In this document: piece by piece, positions 37,123 to 46,775 of the stretch
Position numbering within the stretch: position 1 is the first letter of the stretch
How the letters are laid out: each line of letters starts with the position of its first letter
Assembly (NCBI GenBank): GCA_964640845.1
Contig: CAZXIR010000001.1
Coordinates: forward strand, 1-48,960
Reading direction: 5' to 3'
From: an uncultured Syntrophomonas sp.
GTDB taxonomy: Bacteria; Bacillota; Syntrophomonadia; Syntrophomonadales; Syntrophomonadaceae
DNA: 48,960 bases
The notes under the pieces: generated by a model
What the model was told of the DNA's origin: nothing
Databases searched by the model: none
The model's input: only the letters and a program-made list of their open reading frames with translations
Program-made: the position numbers and the translations under genes

Positions 37123-38631
37123 ATGAACCAAATACCAGTATTAACTATAGCATTATTAGTACCACTGCTGGGAGCAGCGATAATCATGGGCCTGCCCGCT
37201 CTGCAGCACCAATGGATCAAGAGAACTGCTGCCATCTCCACCCTGGTCAGCCTGGTTTTATCTATAGCAGTATTGCTGGCTTATGACCAGACTGCGGGGG
37301 GAATGCAGTTTGTAGAGACCATACCTTGGATCAGGGATCTGGGGGTTAACTATGCCCTGGGGGTAGATGGGATAAGCATTCCCATGCTGCTCTTGACCAA
37401 TTTAATTGGGTTTAGTTCCATATATGCATCCTGGAATATTACTGAGCGGGTCAAGGAATTTTTTGCTCTGCTCTTAATACTCATTGCCGGAGTGATGGGA
37501 ACCTTTATAACCACGGATTTATTTATTTTCTTCCTATTTTATGAAGTAGTGGTGATACCCATTTATCTGATGGTGATAATGTTTGGCAGCACCAAACGGG
37601 TTACCAAAGAATACGCGGGAATGAAATTGACCATATATCTGCTCATCGGCAGCGCCTTCCTCCTTACTGGACTGATTGCTCTCTTTGTACAGGCTCAGGC
37701 TATCAGTGGCATAGCCAGTATGGATATGGCATTTCTAGCTACCCTGGAATATTCAACCGGCTTTCAGATTATTGTCTTTGCTTTTATGGCCTTTGGGTTC
37801 GGTACCCTGTTATCCATGTTCCCATTCCATGCCTGGTCACCGGATGGTTATGCCGGAGCGCCTACAGCTGTAAGTATGATTCATGCCGGAGTCTTGAAGA
37901 AGATCGGAGGATACGGATTAATCCGTATAGCCCTTACTATCCTGCCAGCAGGAGCCGCAGTTATAGCTCCGATCATTGCAGTATTGGCATTGGGCAATAT
38001 TGTTTATGCAGCCTATATCTGTTTAAGCCAGAAAGATTTGAAATATATTGTTGGTTATTCCAGTGTGAGCCACATGGGATATGTTTTAGTAGGCATCGCA
38101 GCCTTAAATATTATTAGCATAAACGGTGCAGTTATCATGATGTTTGCCCATGGGGTAATGGCGGCTCTGTTCTTTGCCATGATCGGCAACCTGTATGAAA
38201 AGAGCCATACCCGCAATATTGAAGATTTCGGTGGTCTGGCCCATCAGATGCCGAAACTGGCCACTGGCTTTATGATTGCCGGATTGGCTTCCTTAGGATT
38301 GCCGGGAATGGTTAATTTCATCGGTGAGTTTACCATATTCGTAGGAGCTTTCGGCACCTATAGAGTGATAACCATTATAGCCATATCGGGAATCGTATTT
38401 ACCGCCCTGTATGTCTTGCGGGCCCTGGGCAGGATGTTATTCGGACCTCGCAATGAGAAATGGGATCATCTGCAGGATTTAAAAGGAGTAGAGATGGTGC
38501 CCCTGATAGTACTGGGATTGGCTATTTTTATGGGAGGTTTCCTACCCTTTACCCTGATGGATTTAATCAATAGCGGTGTAGTAGACTTGGTAGCCCAGAT
38601 CGGATTGCCACAGATGGGAGGTTTATTATAA
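37123..38631 (+). CDS. nuoM: Complex I subunit M (antiporter-like)
   Basis: 502 aa. FPFHAWSPDGYAGAPTAVSMIHAGVLKK signature. Confidence 0.9.
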   Translation: MNQIPVLTIALLVPLLGAAIIMGLPALQHQWIKRTAAISTLVSLVLSIAVLLAYDQTAGGMQFVETIPWIRDLGVNYALGVDGISIPMLLLTNLIGFSSIYASWNITERVKEFFALLLILIAGVMGTFITTDLFIFFLFYEVVVIPIYLMVIMFGSTKRVTKEYAGMKLTIYLLIGSAFLLTGLIALFVQAQAISGIASMDMAFLATLEYSTGFQIIVFAFMAFGFGTLLSMFPFHAWSPDGYAGAPTAVSMIHAGVLKKIGGYGLIRIALTILPAGAAVIAPIIAVLALGNIVYAAYICLSQKDLKYIVGYSSVSHMGYVLVGIAALNIISINGAVIMMFAHGVMAALFFAMIGNLYEKSHTRNIEDFGGLAHQMPKLATGFMIAGLASLGLPGMVNFIGEFTIFVGAFGTYRVITIIAISGIVFTALYVLRALGRMLFGPRNEKWDHLQDLKGVEMVPLIVLGLAIFMGGFLPFTLMDLINSGVVDLVAQIGLPQMGGLL

Positions 38632-40049
38632 TGGATTTTTCTTTATTAGCCAGTGAAATCCTGATAGCCCTGTTAGGTCTGGCAGTTCTGGTTTTGGGTC
38701 TGTCCCTGCCGGGAAAGGCGCAAAAATATGTTAATGGTGTGGCACTAGCAGGTTTGGGCTTGATCCTGATTTATTTAATCACCGGCTTTTCTAAAGGAGC
38801 CACCCTATTCAACGGGGTTTATCAGATCGATTTATATGGCAACTATTTTAAGATATTATTCCTCAGTGCCGGTATCCTGGTAATGCTCATGGCAGGCAGT
38901 TATATCCAGCGCTTTGAAGAAAAGAGCAGTGAGTTTTACGGTTTGATGATATTGGCCACTTTGGGTATGATGCTCATGGTCTCCGCCGGGGAATTTATTA
39001 CCCTTTATGTGGGATTGGAATTAATGACCATAAGCTTCTATATTCTCACTGCATACCTGAAGAGTGATAAGCTGTCCGGTGAAGCGGGATTGAAGTACCT
39101 GATTCTAGGTGCAGTATCCTCGGCTATCCTCTTGTTCGGCATCAGCTTGGTGTATGCCAGTTTGGGAACCACTAATTTCATAGAAATTGGGGCGTCTTTC
39201 ACCTCATCCTCGGCGGTTATTGCCGGAGTAGTAATGATAATCGCCGGTTTTGCTTTTAAAGTCTCGGTAGTTCCCTTTCATATGTGGACCCCGGATATAT
39301 ATCAAGGTGCGCCTATTCCGGTTACTACCTATCTCTCAGTAGGTTCCAAGGCGGCCGGCTTTGCCGCATTAGTCAGAGTCTTCATGATAGCAGTTGATGT
39401 ATCCCAGCCAGTATTCAACTGGAGCCTGCTCCTGGCGGTCTTGGCAGCCATTACCATAATTATTGGCAACCTGATCGCACTGTCCCAGAGGGACATTAAA
39501 AGACTGTTGGCCTACTCCAGCATTGCCCAGGCCGGATATATCCTGGTGGGTGTAGCAGCCGCCAATTCTTACGGCTTAAAAGGGGTATTATTCTATGCCA
39601 TGATATATGTTTTTGCCAATGTGGGAGCATTTGCAGTGGCCACAGCGGTGGAAGTGGATACCGGCCGAACTGATATAGAGGCCTTCGCCGGCTTGAGTAA
39701 ACGTTCACCGCTGCTGGCAGCTATAATGACCATTTGTATGCTATCCCTGGCTGGCATTCCCCCCATGGCCGGTTTTGCCGGCAAGTTCTATTTGTTTGCC
39801 GGCGCCATACAGGCAGGATATCTGTGGCTGGCCTTAATCGGTTTGATCATGAGTATGGTATCAGTATACTATTACCTGGGGGTTTCCAAAGCCATGTACA
39901 TCGGGGAAAACAAACAGGAAAAACCACTGGGTATAGGATTAGCCAGTACCGTAGCTCTGTGGGTATGTGTTCTGGCTACCATCCTCCTAGGAGTTTACCC
40001 GGGACCATTATCAGAACTGGTCGGCGCTGCCATACAAGTATTAATGTAA
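38631..40049 (+). CDS. nuoN: Complex I subunit N (antiporter-like)
   Basis: 472 aa. VPFHMWTPDIYQGAPIPVTTYLSVGSKAAG signature. TAATG overlap with nuoM. Confidence 0.9.
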   Translation: MDFSLLASEILIALLGLAVLVLGLSLPGKAQKYVNGVALAGLGLILIYLITGFSKGATLFNGVYQIDLYGNYFKILFLSAGILVMLMAGSYIQRFEEKSSEFYGLMILATLGMMLMVSAGEFITLYVGLELMTISFYILTAYLKSDKLSGEAGLKYLILGAVSSAILLFGISLVYASLGTTNFIEIGASFTSSSAVIAGVVMIIAGFAFKVSVVPFHMWTPDIYQGAPIPVTTYLSVGSKAAGFAALVRVFMIAVDVSQPVFNWSLLLAVLAAITIIIGNLIALSQRDIKRLLAYSSIAQAGYILVGVAAANSYGLKGVLFYAMIYVFANVGAFAVATAVEVDTGRTDIEAFAGLSKRSPLLAAIMTICMLSLAGIPPMAGFAGKFYLFAGAIQAGYLWLALIGLIMSMVSVYYYLGVSKAMYIGENKQEKPLGIGLASTVALWVCVLATILLGVYPGPLSELVGAAIQVLM

Positions 40050-40120
40050 GGGTGCCAGGAACCTGACAAACTAAGCTATTTGAGAACATTGTCGAATGTG
40101 AAGGGGCGGCGCGGTCCCCC

Positions 40121-40195
40121 ACAAGCCACGGGGACAGGTTCCTTGGCCCACTTTGGATTGCCGAGTGGGCCAAGAAACCTGTCCCCGTGGCTTGT
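40121..40195. repeat. Long inverted repeat (32-bp arms, one mismatch) between convergent operons
   Basis: ACAAGCCACGGGGACAGGTTCCTTGGCCCACT (40121-40152) vs AGTGGGCCAAGAAACCTGTCCCCGTGGCTTGT (40164-40195), 11-nt loop. TTTCTACTTTTG follows. Confidence 0.9.
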
Positions 40196-40276
40196 TTCTA
40201 CTTTTGTCTCCATTAGTGTACCCGAACTGCATGATATCCTCTACTGATTTTGACTACTATTCTACATTGGGTATTA

Positions 40277-41620
40277 TCATTTTGCCTGAAAATAGAATTT
40301 GCTTTTCAATCCTTCTTTCAACTCGCCCCTAAAGTCGGGATGAGCTATGGAAATAAGCTCCATGGCGCGTTCTCGTCTAGTTTTATACTTTAGCTTTGCA
40401 ACACCATATTCGGTTACAATATGATCAGAAAAAGTACGTGGTACAGTAACCGGAGTTCCCAGTGGCAACTCGGGGAGAATGTTAGAGCTCAGACTGCCAT
40501 CCGGTCGTTTACTTGATGAAGGAACCAACGTTATGGCCCTACCGCCTTGCGACCAGAATGCACCCATCTGGAAGTTAAGCTGTCCGCCAGTGCCGCTGAT
40601 GTGCCTGTCTCCTACCCCTTCTGATGCAATTTGTCCGGTAAAATCTATCATAATTGCGCTATTAATAGAGACCATGTTGGAATGGCTGGCAATAAACCCA
40701 GGATTATTAGTATAGCTGGCGGGATGAAGCTCGAAGACCGGATTTGTTGAAACATAATCGTATAGCTCCTGATCCCCCAGGCAAAAGGTTGCAATGCTTA
40801 CGCCTCTGTGATAGGGCTTACAGTCGTTGGTAACAATCCCTTTTTCTATCAATTGGCCCAAGCCTGCGGGAGCCATTTCCGATAGTATCCCTAGGTTGTG
40901 CTTTCCCTCCAAATTAGCAACTACTGCTTCTGAAATCCCTCCTACACCCATTTGAATGGTATTTCCGTCATTAATTAATTCCAAAACCCTCTTTGCAAAG
41001 CCTATTTCGAATTCTGTTGGAATGATTTTGGGTAAAGTGGGTATAAATGTAGAGTTTTCAACAAAAAAATCAAACTGTGAAATGTGTGCCCAATTGTTGC
41101 CAAACACTACGGGCATTTGCTCGTTTACTTCTCCGATTACTAAACGAATACCTGATTCCTTTCTACTAATTAACATGTCTGTATGATAAAAATTGGATAA
41201 TCCAAAATTAACGTATCCACGACTATCGGGAGGAGTGACCATTAATATGAAGACGTCAGTTATTTTGTTTAGTTTATCGGCAACATCATTGCCCTGAACG
41301 GGATAAAAATCAACCAGTTGCTCTTTGAATATTTTTCGGCTGATCTTGAGACAAAAACCGGACATCGAATTTATTTTACCTTCAATTGATGCCATAAATT
41401 CTGGATCTACCAATCTGCTCGATTTAGTTAATACAACATCACAGATCCGAACATTCTCCAATTCCTGGTTTCGATCCAGAATAGCATCCACTACCTGTCC
41501 AGATGGACCTGAAACCCCAAATCCAATCGTGACGGTATCTCCAGATTCAACTTTGCCAGCCAATTCATTAATGGAAATCAGCTTTTTTTTATATTCTGAC
41601 TGCCACATATTTGATTTCAT
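40277..41620 (-). CDS. Acetyl-CoA hydrolase/transferase family protein (4-hydroxybutyrate CoA-transferase-like)
   Basis: 447 aa. LGILSEMAPAG (candidate catalytic Glu region) and SGTGGQLNFQMGA, typical of this CoA-transferase family. Confidence 0.8.
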   Translation of the reverse strand: MKSNMWQSEYKKKLISINELAGKVESGDTVTIGFGVSGPSGQVVDAILDRNQELENVRICDVVLTKSSRLVDPEFMASIEGKINSMSGFCLKISRKIFKEQLVDFYPVQGNDVADKLNKITDVFILMVTPPDSRGYVNFGLSNFYHTDMLISRKESGIRLVIGEVNEQMPVVFGNNWAHISQFDFFVENSTFIPTLPKIIPTEFEIGFAKRVLELINDGNTIQMGVGGISEAVVANLEGKHNLGILSEMAPAGLGQLIEKGIVTNDCKPYHRGVSIATFCLGDQELYDYVSTNPVFELHPASYTNNPGFIASHSNMVSINSAIMIDFTGQIASEGVGDRHISGTGGQLNFQMGAFWSQGGRAITLVPSSSKRPDGSLSSNILPELPLGTPVTVPRTFSDHIVTEYGVAKLKYKTRRERAMELISIAHPDFRGELKEGLKSKFYFQAK

Positions 41621-41661
41621 ACTTACATCCCCTTTCAGATTGTATTTTCAACACCGCCTGG

Positions 41662-42843
41662 TTAGATAATCTTTTTCATGGTCAAAGCTTTAAGGTCTTC
41701 AGCACTATAGCCTATACCCGACAAGACCTCCTCTGTATGTTCTCCCACTTCCGGAGGGGGAGTTTGCCATCCCGGTGCAATGGTGTCAAATTTTATCGGG
41801 AAAGCCATCTGAGGTACCAACCCCTCCAGAGAATACTCCTGCATGAACCAAAGTCCACGATTTATTATATGGGGGTCATTAAGCGCATCCTCGAAATTAT
41901 TCACTTGAGTTAGACAAACATCATAATTTTTGAAAACTTCCATCCATTCTGTACTAGATTTTTGCTTAAATATCTCAGCTACTTCTAAGATGATTTCTGT
42001 ACGTTGGGGTTCCCCGACAAACATCTCGGCAATCAGTTCTTCTCGCTCTACAACCTTGCAAAAGTTGCTCCAGAACTTTTCTTCTACACAGCCCAAAGCC
42101 AGATACTTCCCGTCTGAAGCCTGGTAGACATTATAGAATGCATAACCACCATTAATCCAATCGTCTGATATCCGATGTAAATCTCTTTCTACCATATACT
42201 GAGGCATGCCAAAACTTAGGAAGAAGTTTAGCCCATCGACCATGGCTACATCCAAAAACTGGCCAACCCCGGTGGAACGCTTTCCGTAAAGGGCTCCCAA
42301 AATAGCAATAGTTGCAGGTAAAGATCCGCCCCCTATGTCTGCAATAGGCAGTCCAGCCAGAATCGGTCTTCCTTCCCGTGTTTCCATCATGCTGAGTGCC
42401 CCACTAATCCCCAAATAATTAAGATCATGGCCCGGCAAATCCTTGTAGGGACCGTCCTGCCCGTAGCCGGTAAGAGAACAGTAAACTAAGCCGGGATTAA
42501 TCTCCCGCAAATGTTCCCAGCCCAGACCCAATCTGTCCATAACCCCCGCGCGAAATGTTTCCATAACAACATCGGCGGATTTGACTAGTCTTTTAAAAAT
42601 TTCCCTTCCTTCATCATCGCGGAGATTAAGCCGGATGCTCTTCTTGTTTCGATTTAAGGTGTAGAAAACTGGATTTTGATGCTTCATTTTAGGTTCTATC
42701 CAGCGGATGTAATCCCCGCCCACATGGTCTTCAATCTTGATAACTTCGGCACCCAGATCTGCCAGAATCAGAGTGCAAAGAGGCCCAGGAAGCAAGCGGG
42801 ATAAGTCTAAAACCTTGATCCCTTTGAGCGGTAAATTCATCAT
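41662..42843 (-). CDS. Family III CoA-transferase / alpha-methylacyl-CoA racemase superfamily (CaiB/BaiF)
   Basis: 393 aa. GIKVLDLSRLLPGPLCTLILADLGAEVIKIE N-terminal signature. Confidence 0.85.
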   Translation of the reverse strand: MMNLPLKGIKVLDLSRLLPGPLCTLILADLGAEVIKIEDHVGGDYIRWIEPKMKHQNPVFYTLNRNKKSIRLNLRDDEGREIFKRLVKSADVVMETFRAGVMDRLGLGWEHLREINPGLVYCSLTGYGQDGPYKDLPGHDLNYLGISGALSMMETREGRPILAGLPIADIGGGSLPATIAILGALYGKRSTGVGQFLDVAMVDGLNFFLSFGMPQYMVERDLHRISDDWINGGYAFYNVYQASDGKYLALGCVEEKFWSNFCKVVEREELIAEMFVGEPQRTEIILEVAEIFKQKSSTEWMEVFKNYDVCLTQVNNFEDALNDPHIINRGLWFMQEYSLEGLVPQMAFPIKFDTIAPGWQTPPPEVGEHTEEVLSGIGYSAEDLKALTMKKII

Positions 42844-42896
42844 AATCGCTCCTCTTTTTTAATTCCATAACCGCATTATCGGTGTCGTGTTGTTGC

Positions 42897-44060
42897 TTAC
42901 TTTGTTAGAATATGAACGCCTGCGACAACAGCAGATTCGATATTGGTAAGTACCCCACCCAGCATTTGGGCCATACCTACTTTGGCTCCTGGTACCTGAT
43001 TTGCACCCACCTCGCCCCAAAGCTGTCTGGCAACATCGACTACTACACGCACACCGGAAGCTCCCAAAGGATGTCCCATTGACAGTAATCCACCGCTAGG
43101 ATTGACTGGGCAGCGGCCGCCCATTTGTGCAGCCCCAGATCGGGCAAAAGCCACACCTTCACCAGGCTTGCACAGGCCCAACATTTCATATGCCGCCAGT
43201 TCTTCTCCCGAGAAGGCATCGTGTAGCTCTACCAAATCAATGTCTTTTTGGGGATCTACGCTTGCCATTACGCAAGCGGTCTTGGCGCCATCAACCAAAC
43301 TTTTCAAAGCCAGAGGATCATATGACGCGTCCTGGGCTCCGCTCACAGAAATGACAGAACCTGCAATCCTAATCGGTTTGCGTTTCCCTTTATTATGCTT
43401 TTCAAAATACTCCTTACTGCATAGTATAATAGCTGCTCCCCCGTCGCTTTGCGGAGTACACTGTAATACAGTTATTGGTTCTGCAATCATAGGAGAAGCC
43501 ATAATATCTTCGAATGTAACTTCAGTCTTGTACTGGGAGTATGGATTTGTCATCCCTGCCTTGTGGTTCTTAATTGAGGCATAACAAATATCCTCAAGTG
43601 TTGCACCGCGCTCCTGAATAAGCCGATTACACAGCTTGGCAAAAAAAGAAGGCATGGTTAATGCTAATTTGCTCTCAAGATCACCCTCAATGGCAATAAG
43701 CCCCTTACCCCACTTCTTATTAAAAGCGGACAAGGACTCAACACCAACAGCGATTCCAATATCGCAAAAATCTGAGGCAATATCTTTGTACAATAACTGT
43801 ATGGCGCTGGAGCCACTGGCGCATGCATTTTCAACGGTATACATAGGAATCCTGTCTATCCCCAAACGAGTGAGTATAGATTGGATAGGATTAGGTGGAC
43901 TGTATATCGATCCACAATAAGCGATTTGCAATAATTTGGGTGAGATACCAGCATCCTTGATTGCAGCCAAAGCCGCGGCTGCGCCCAAGTCATTTACGGT
44001 CTTATCGGCATGTTTGCCAAAAATGGTTTGACCAATACCAAGCACATATACGTTTCTCAT
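42897..44060 (-). CDS. SCP-x / nonspecific lipid-transfer-type thiolase
   Basis: 387 aa. VENACASGSSA active-site Cys region, C-terminal NPSGGLLSMGHPLGASG. Start overlaps the stop of the DUF35 gene (ATGA). Confidence 0.85.
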   Translation of the reverse strand: MRNVYVLGIGQTIFGKHADKTVNDLGAAAALAAIKDAGISPKLLQIAYCGSIYSPPNPIQSILTRLGIDRIPMYTVENACASGSSAIQLLYKDIASDFCDIGIAVGVESLSAFNKKWGKGLIAIEGDLESKLALTMPSFFAKLCNRLIQERGATLEDICYASIKNHKAGMTNPYSQYKTEVTFEDIMASPMIAEPITVLQCTPQSDGGAAIILCSKEYFEKHNKGKRKPIRIAGSVISVSGAQDASYDPLALKSLVDGAKTACVMASVDPQKDIDLVELHDAFSGEELAAYEMLGLCKPGEGVAFARSGAAQMGGRCPVNPSGGLLSMGHPLGASGVRVVVDVARQLWGEVGANQVPGAKVGMAQMLGGVLTNIESAVVAGVHILTK

Positions 44061-44467
44061 TTATCATCTACCTCCTCTACAGGCACGTAGTAGTAACCGA
44101 GAACTTCAGTGCCATCCTTTTCAGTCCAAAGAACGCCGGTTTCCATTTTTACTCTCATGCCCGTTTTGACATCCTGCACATTAGCATGAATTTGTCCAAA
44201 CACGCGGGTGCCTTCAGGTAAGTCGATATAAGCACCAATAATAGGTGGTTTGTATGGGCCAACAGGAACCCTGGTTACACTAAAAGAAAACACAATTCCT
44301 TTGGTACTAAGAGGAACCTTTTCCAGATCGTCAGAGGAGCAGAATGGACAAAGCTCTACAGCAGGGAAAGAGGTTTTGCCACAGTACTTGCACATATTTC
44401 CCATTTGCATGAGCATGCCATTCATTTCATCTAATGCCCCTGGATGAAAAACGATTTGCTTATTCAT
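44057..44467 (-). CDS. DUF35 Zn-ribbon/OB-fold protein (thiolase-associated, BbsA-like)
   Basis: CKYCGKTSFPAVELCPFCSS four-Cys ribbon followed by an OB-fold-like segment. ATG 44467 follows AAAGGTGAGGGTG. The track start at 44521 lacks an RBS. Confidence 0.8.
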   Translation of the reverse strand: MNKQIVFHPGALDEMNGMLMQMGNMCKYCGKTSFPAVELCPFCSSDDLEKVPLSTKGIVFSFSVTRVPVGPYKPPIIGAYIDLPEGTRVFGQIHANVQDVKTGMRVKMETGVLWTEKDGTEVLGYYYVPVEEVDDK

Positions 44468-44676
44468 GTATTCACCCTCACCTTTCATTAATAAATTCTT
44501 TGTTTGCGCAATTATCATCATTTCTGATTACTTGTCCAACCTCTTCAATAAATTCTTGAATAAAACCTGAGCTATGCCGATAAGTCCAAAACCTTAATCC
44601 TTCATCGGCAAATACATAATAATCAAGTCTTTTTAAGGTGCTAATTTCATATTACTAACGCAGGTTTCAATATAAT

Positions 44677-45831
44677 TTATAACTGCCCGCTGTAGAGCGC
44701 TTTGGCGGTGATCATCTTCATCACCTCGGTGGTGCCGCCATAAATGTTCATTATCCTGGCATCAACAAATCTCCTGGCGATTTCATACTCAGTACAGTAT
44801 CCGTAACCGCCAAACAACTGCAGGCACTGGTTCATCACCCGGTTTTGCAGCTCACAGGTATAGTTTTTGGCCATAGCCGCCGTCACATCTACATTCTCGC
44901 CGGCCGCCTCCACTAGAATACATTTTTCGACAAAAGCTCTACCCGCGGCAATTTGAGTTGCCAGTTCAGCCAGTACAAACTGGGTATTTTGGAATGATGC
45001 TAGTGGTTTCCCAAATACCTTTCTTTCATTGGTGTAGTTAACGGTTAACTCTAACGCACCTTCTGAATTAGCAATCGCTAGCATAGCAATAGTTATTCTT
45101 TCCCGTCCGAGCCGATGCATCATCTGGACGAAACCATGGTTTTCTTTACCCAAAAGATTAAAGGCAGGTACCCGGCAGTTGTCAAAGTACACTGGGCAGG
45201 TATCCTGAGCATGCTGCCCCAGTTTCTCTATTTGAGGGCCAATCTCCATACCCGGGGTGCCCTTTTCAACGACGAATAAGCTTATTCCCTCCGCAGGCCT
45301 ACCGTCAAACTTAGTTCTAGCTGCAACAACGAACATATCTGCATTTATGGCATTGGAAATGAACATTTTGGAACCGTTGATAATCCAATCATCGCTATCT
45401 TTAACCGCCCTGGTTGTTATCCCCTGAACATCTGAGCCAATCCCCGGTTCCGTTATGCACAGACCACACAGTTTCTTTGCCGCATTCAAATCACTGAGCC
45501 AGCGGTCTTTTTGTTGCTTATTCCCAAAGGCATCAAAATAGGGTATAAGGATAGCTGCTGTAACAATGGTGTGCACACTCAGAAAATTCTTTCGACCCAA
45601 TTCCTCAAGTATAATATTCCAATATAGGAAGTCACCTCCATCACCGCCGTATTCAGGATCACCATCCGGATTGTAATATCCGTATTCCGCCATCTTGCTA
45701 TAAAGTGTCTTCGGAATAATCCTGTCTTTTTCCCATTGGAGGTAATGGGGCGCAATTTCCTTCTCAACGAATTTAGTGAACCCTGTTCGAAACATCCTGT
45801 GTTCATCTGTATATGGTAGGATAGACTTCAA
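44677..45831 (-). CDS. Acyl-CoA dehydrogenase
   Basis: 384 aa. CITEPGIGSDV, typical length, C-terminal IYGGTTEVMK with the catalytic Glu region. Confidence 0.9.
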   Translation of the reverse strand: MKSILPYTDEHRMFRTGFTKFVEKEIAPHYLQWEKDRIIPKTLYSKMAEYGYYNPDGDPEYGGDGGDFLYWNIILEELGRKNFLSVHTIVTAAILIPYFDAFGNKQQKDRWLSDLNAAKKLCGLCITEPGIGSDVQGITTRAVKDSDDWIINGSKMFISNAINADMFVVAARTKFDGRPAEGISLFVVEKGTPGMEIGPQIEKLGQHAQDTCPVYFDNCRVPAFNLLGKENHGFVQMMHRLGRERITIAMLAIANSEGALELTVNYTNERKVFGKPLASFQNTQFVLAELATQIAAGRAFVEKCILVEAAGENVDVTAAMAKNYTCELQNRVMNQCLQLFGGYGYCTEYEIARRFVDARIMNIYGGTTEVMKMITAKALYSGQL

Positions 45832-45930
45832 ATCAATAATCTCCTTTCTATCGATTGATCACTAGCTTTCACTGTTTGCCCGTTCCCATACGTTTGACCC
45901 TCTTTCAGGTTGTTGTCATCCAAATACAAA

Positions 45931-46731
45931 CTAGTACCCTTTAAACTCTGGCTTCCTCTTTTCCACGAAAGCCGTTAGCCCTTCGGATAAATCGTAAGAT
46001 CTTATATGTTGTCGTAGAGCAAGCAGTTCCGAATGTATGGCAATCTTCACAGGTTGATCTAAACCCTGAACAACCAGCTTTTTCATGCGTCTCAAAACCA
46101 ATGGGCTTTTTGCAGACAATTTATCCGCTAATTTCTGAACAACAACCTCTAGTTCTGCGTCCGGTACCACCTGGCTTACAAGCCCAAACTCTTTCATCTC
46201 TGCAGATGAGATAAATTCGCCGGTAAACAAAAGGTACTTTGCACGGTTCAGTCCAATTCTTCTGGGCAAATGGACTGATCCGCCGGCCCCTGGCAGCACT
46301 CCAAAGTTAGAATGTGCATCACCAATCTTTGCTGAATCAGCTGCCAAGATCAGGTCAGCTGCCATTGCCAGTTCTAAACCGCCAGCTAAAGTAAGACCAT
46401 TTAGGGCAGCTATGAAAGGTTTGGGGAAATCAGCCAACATTCCAAAGGCTTGCTCAACGATCTCGAAAAAATCAGGTTCTGCACTTGGTTCCTGTGATAT
46501 AGTTTCGAATACTACCTTAAGATCGGCTCCGGCGCAAAAGGCAGGGCCTTTCCCGCTCATTACAAGGACTCTAATATCGTCATCAAGTCTTGCCTTTGAA
46601 AGAACCTCTTGGATTTCCAGTAACATGCCCGATGTGATTGAATTCATATCTTTGGGACGATTTAAGTAAATCCATAAGGTTTGATTGCGTTTTTCGCAGA
46701 GGATCTCTTTATAAATCTCCTGATAGCTCAA
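45931..46731 (-). CDS. Enoyl-CoA hydratase/isomerase (crotonase) family
   Basis: LNRPKDMNS, FCAGADLK oxyanion-hole motif, GLTLAGGLELAMAAD. Likely TTG start at 46731, 6 nt after AGGAGGTG. The track start is 46755. Confidence 0.85.
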   Translation of the reverse strand: MSYQEIYKEILCEKRNQTLWIYLNRPKDMNSITSGMLLEIQEVLSKARLDDDIRVLVMSGKGPAFCAGADLKVVFETISQEPSAEPDFFEIVEQAFGMLADFPKPFIAALNGLTLAGGLELAMAADLILAADSAKIGDAHSNFGVLPGAGGSVHLPRRIGLNRAKYLLFTGEFISSAEMKEFGLVSQVVPDAELEVVVQKLADKLSAKSPLVLRRMKKLVVQGLDQPVKIAIHSELLALRQHIRSYDLSEGLTAFVEKRKPEFKGY

Positions 46732-46775
46732 ACATCCCACCTCCTGTATCAACAATGTTTGTTAAGCAAATACGA

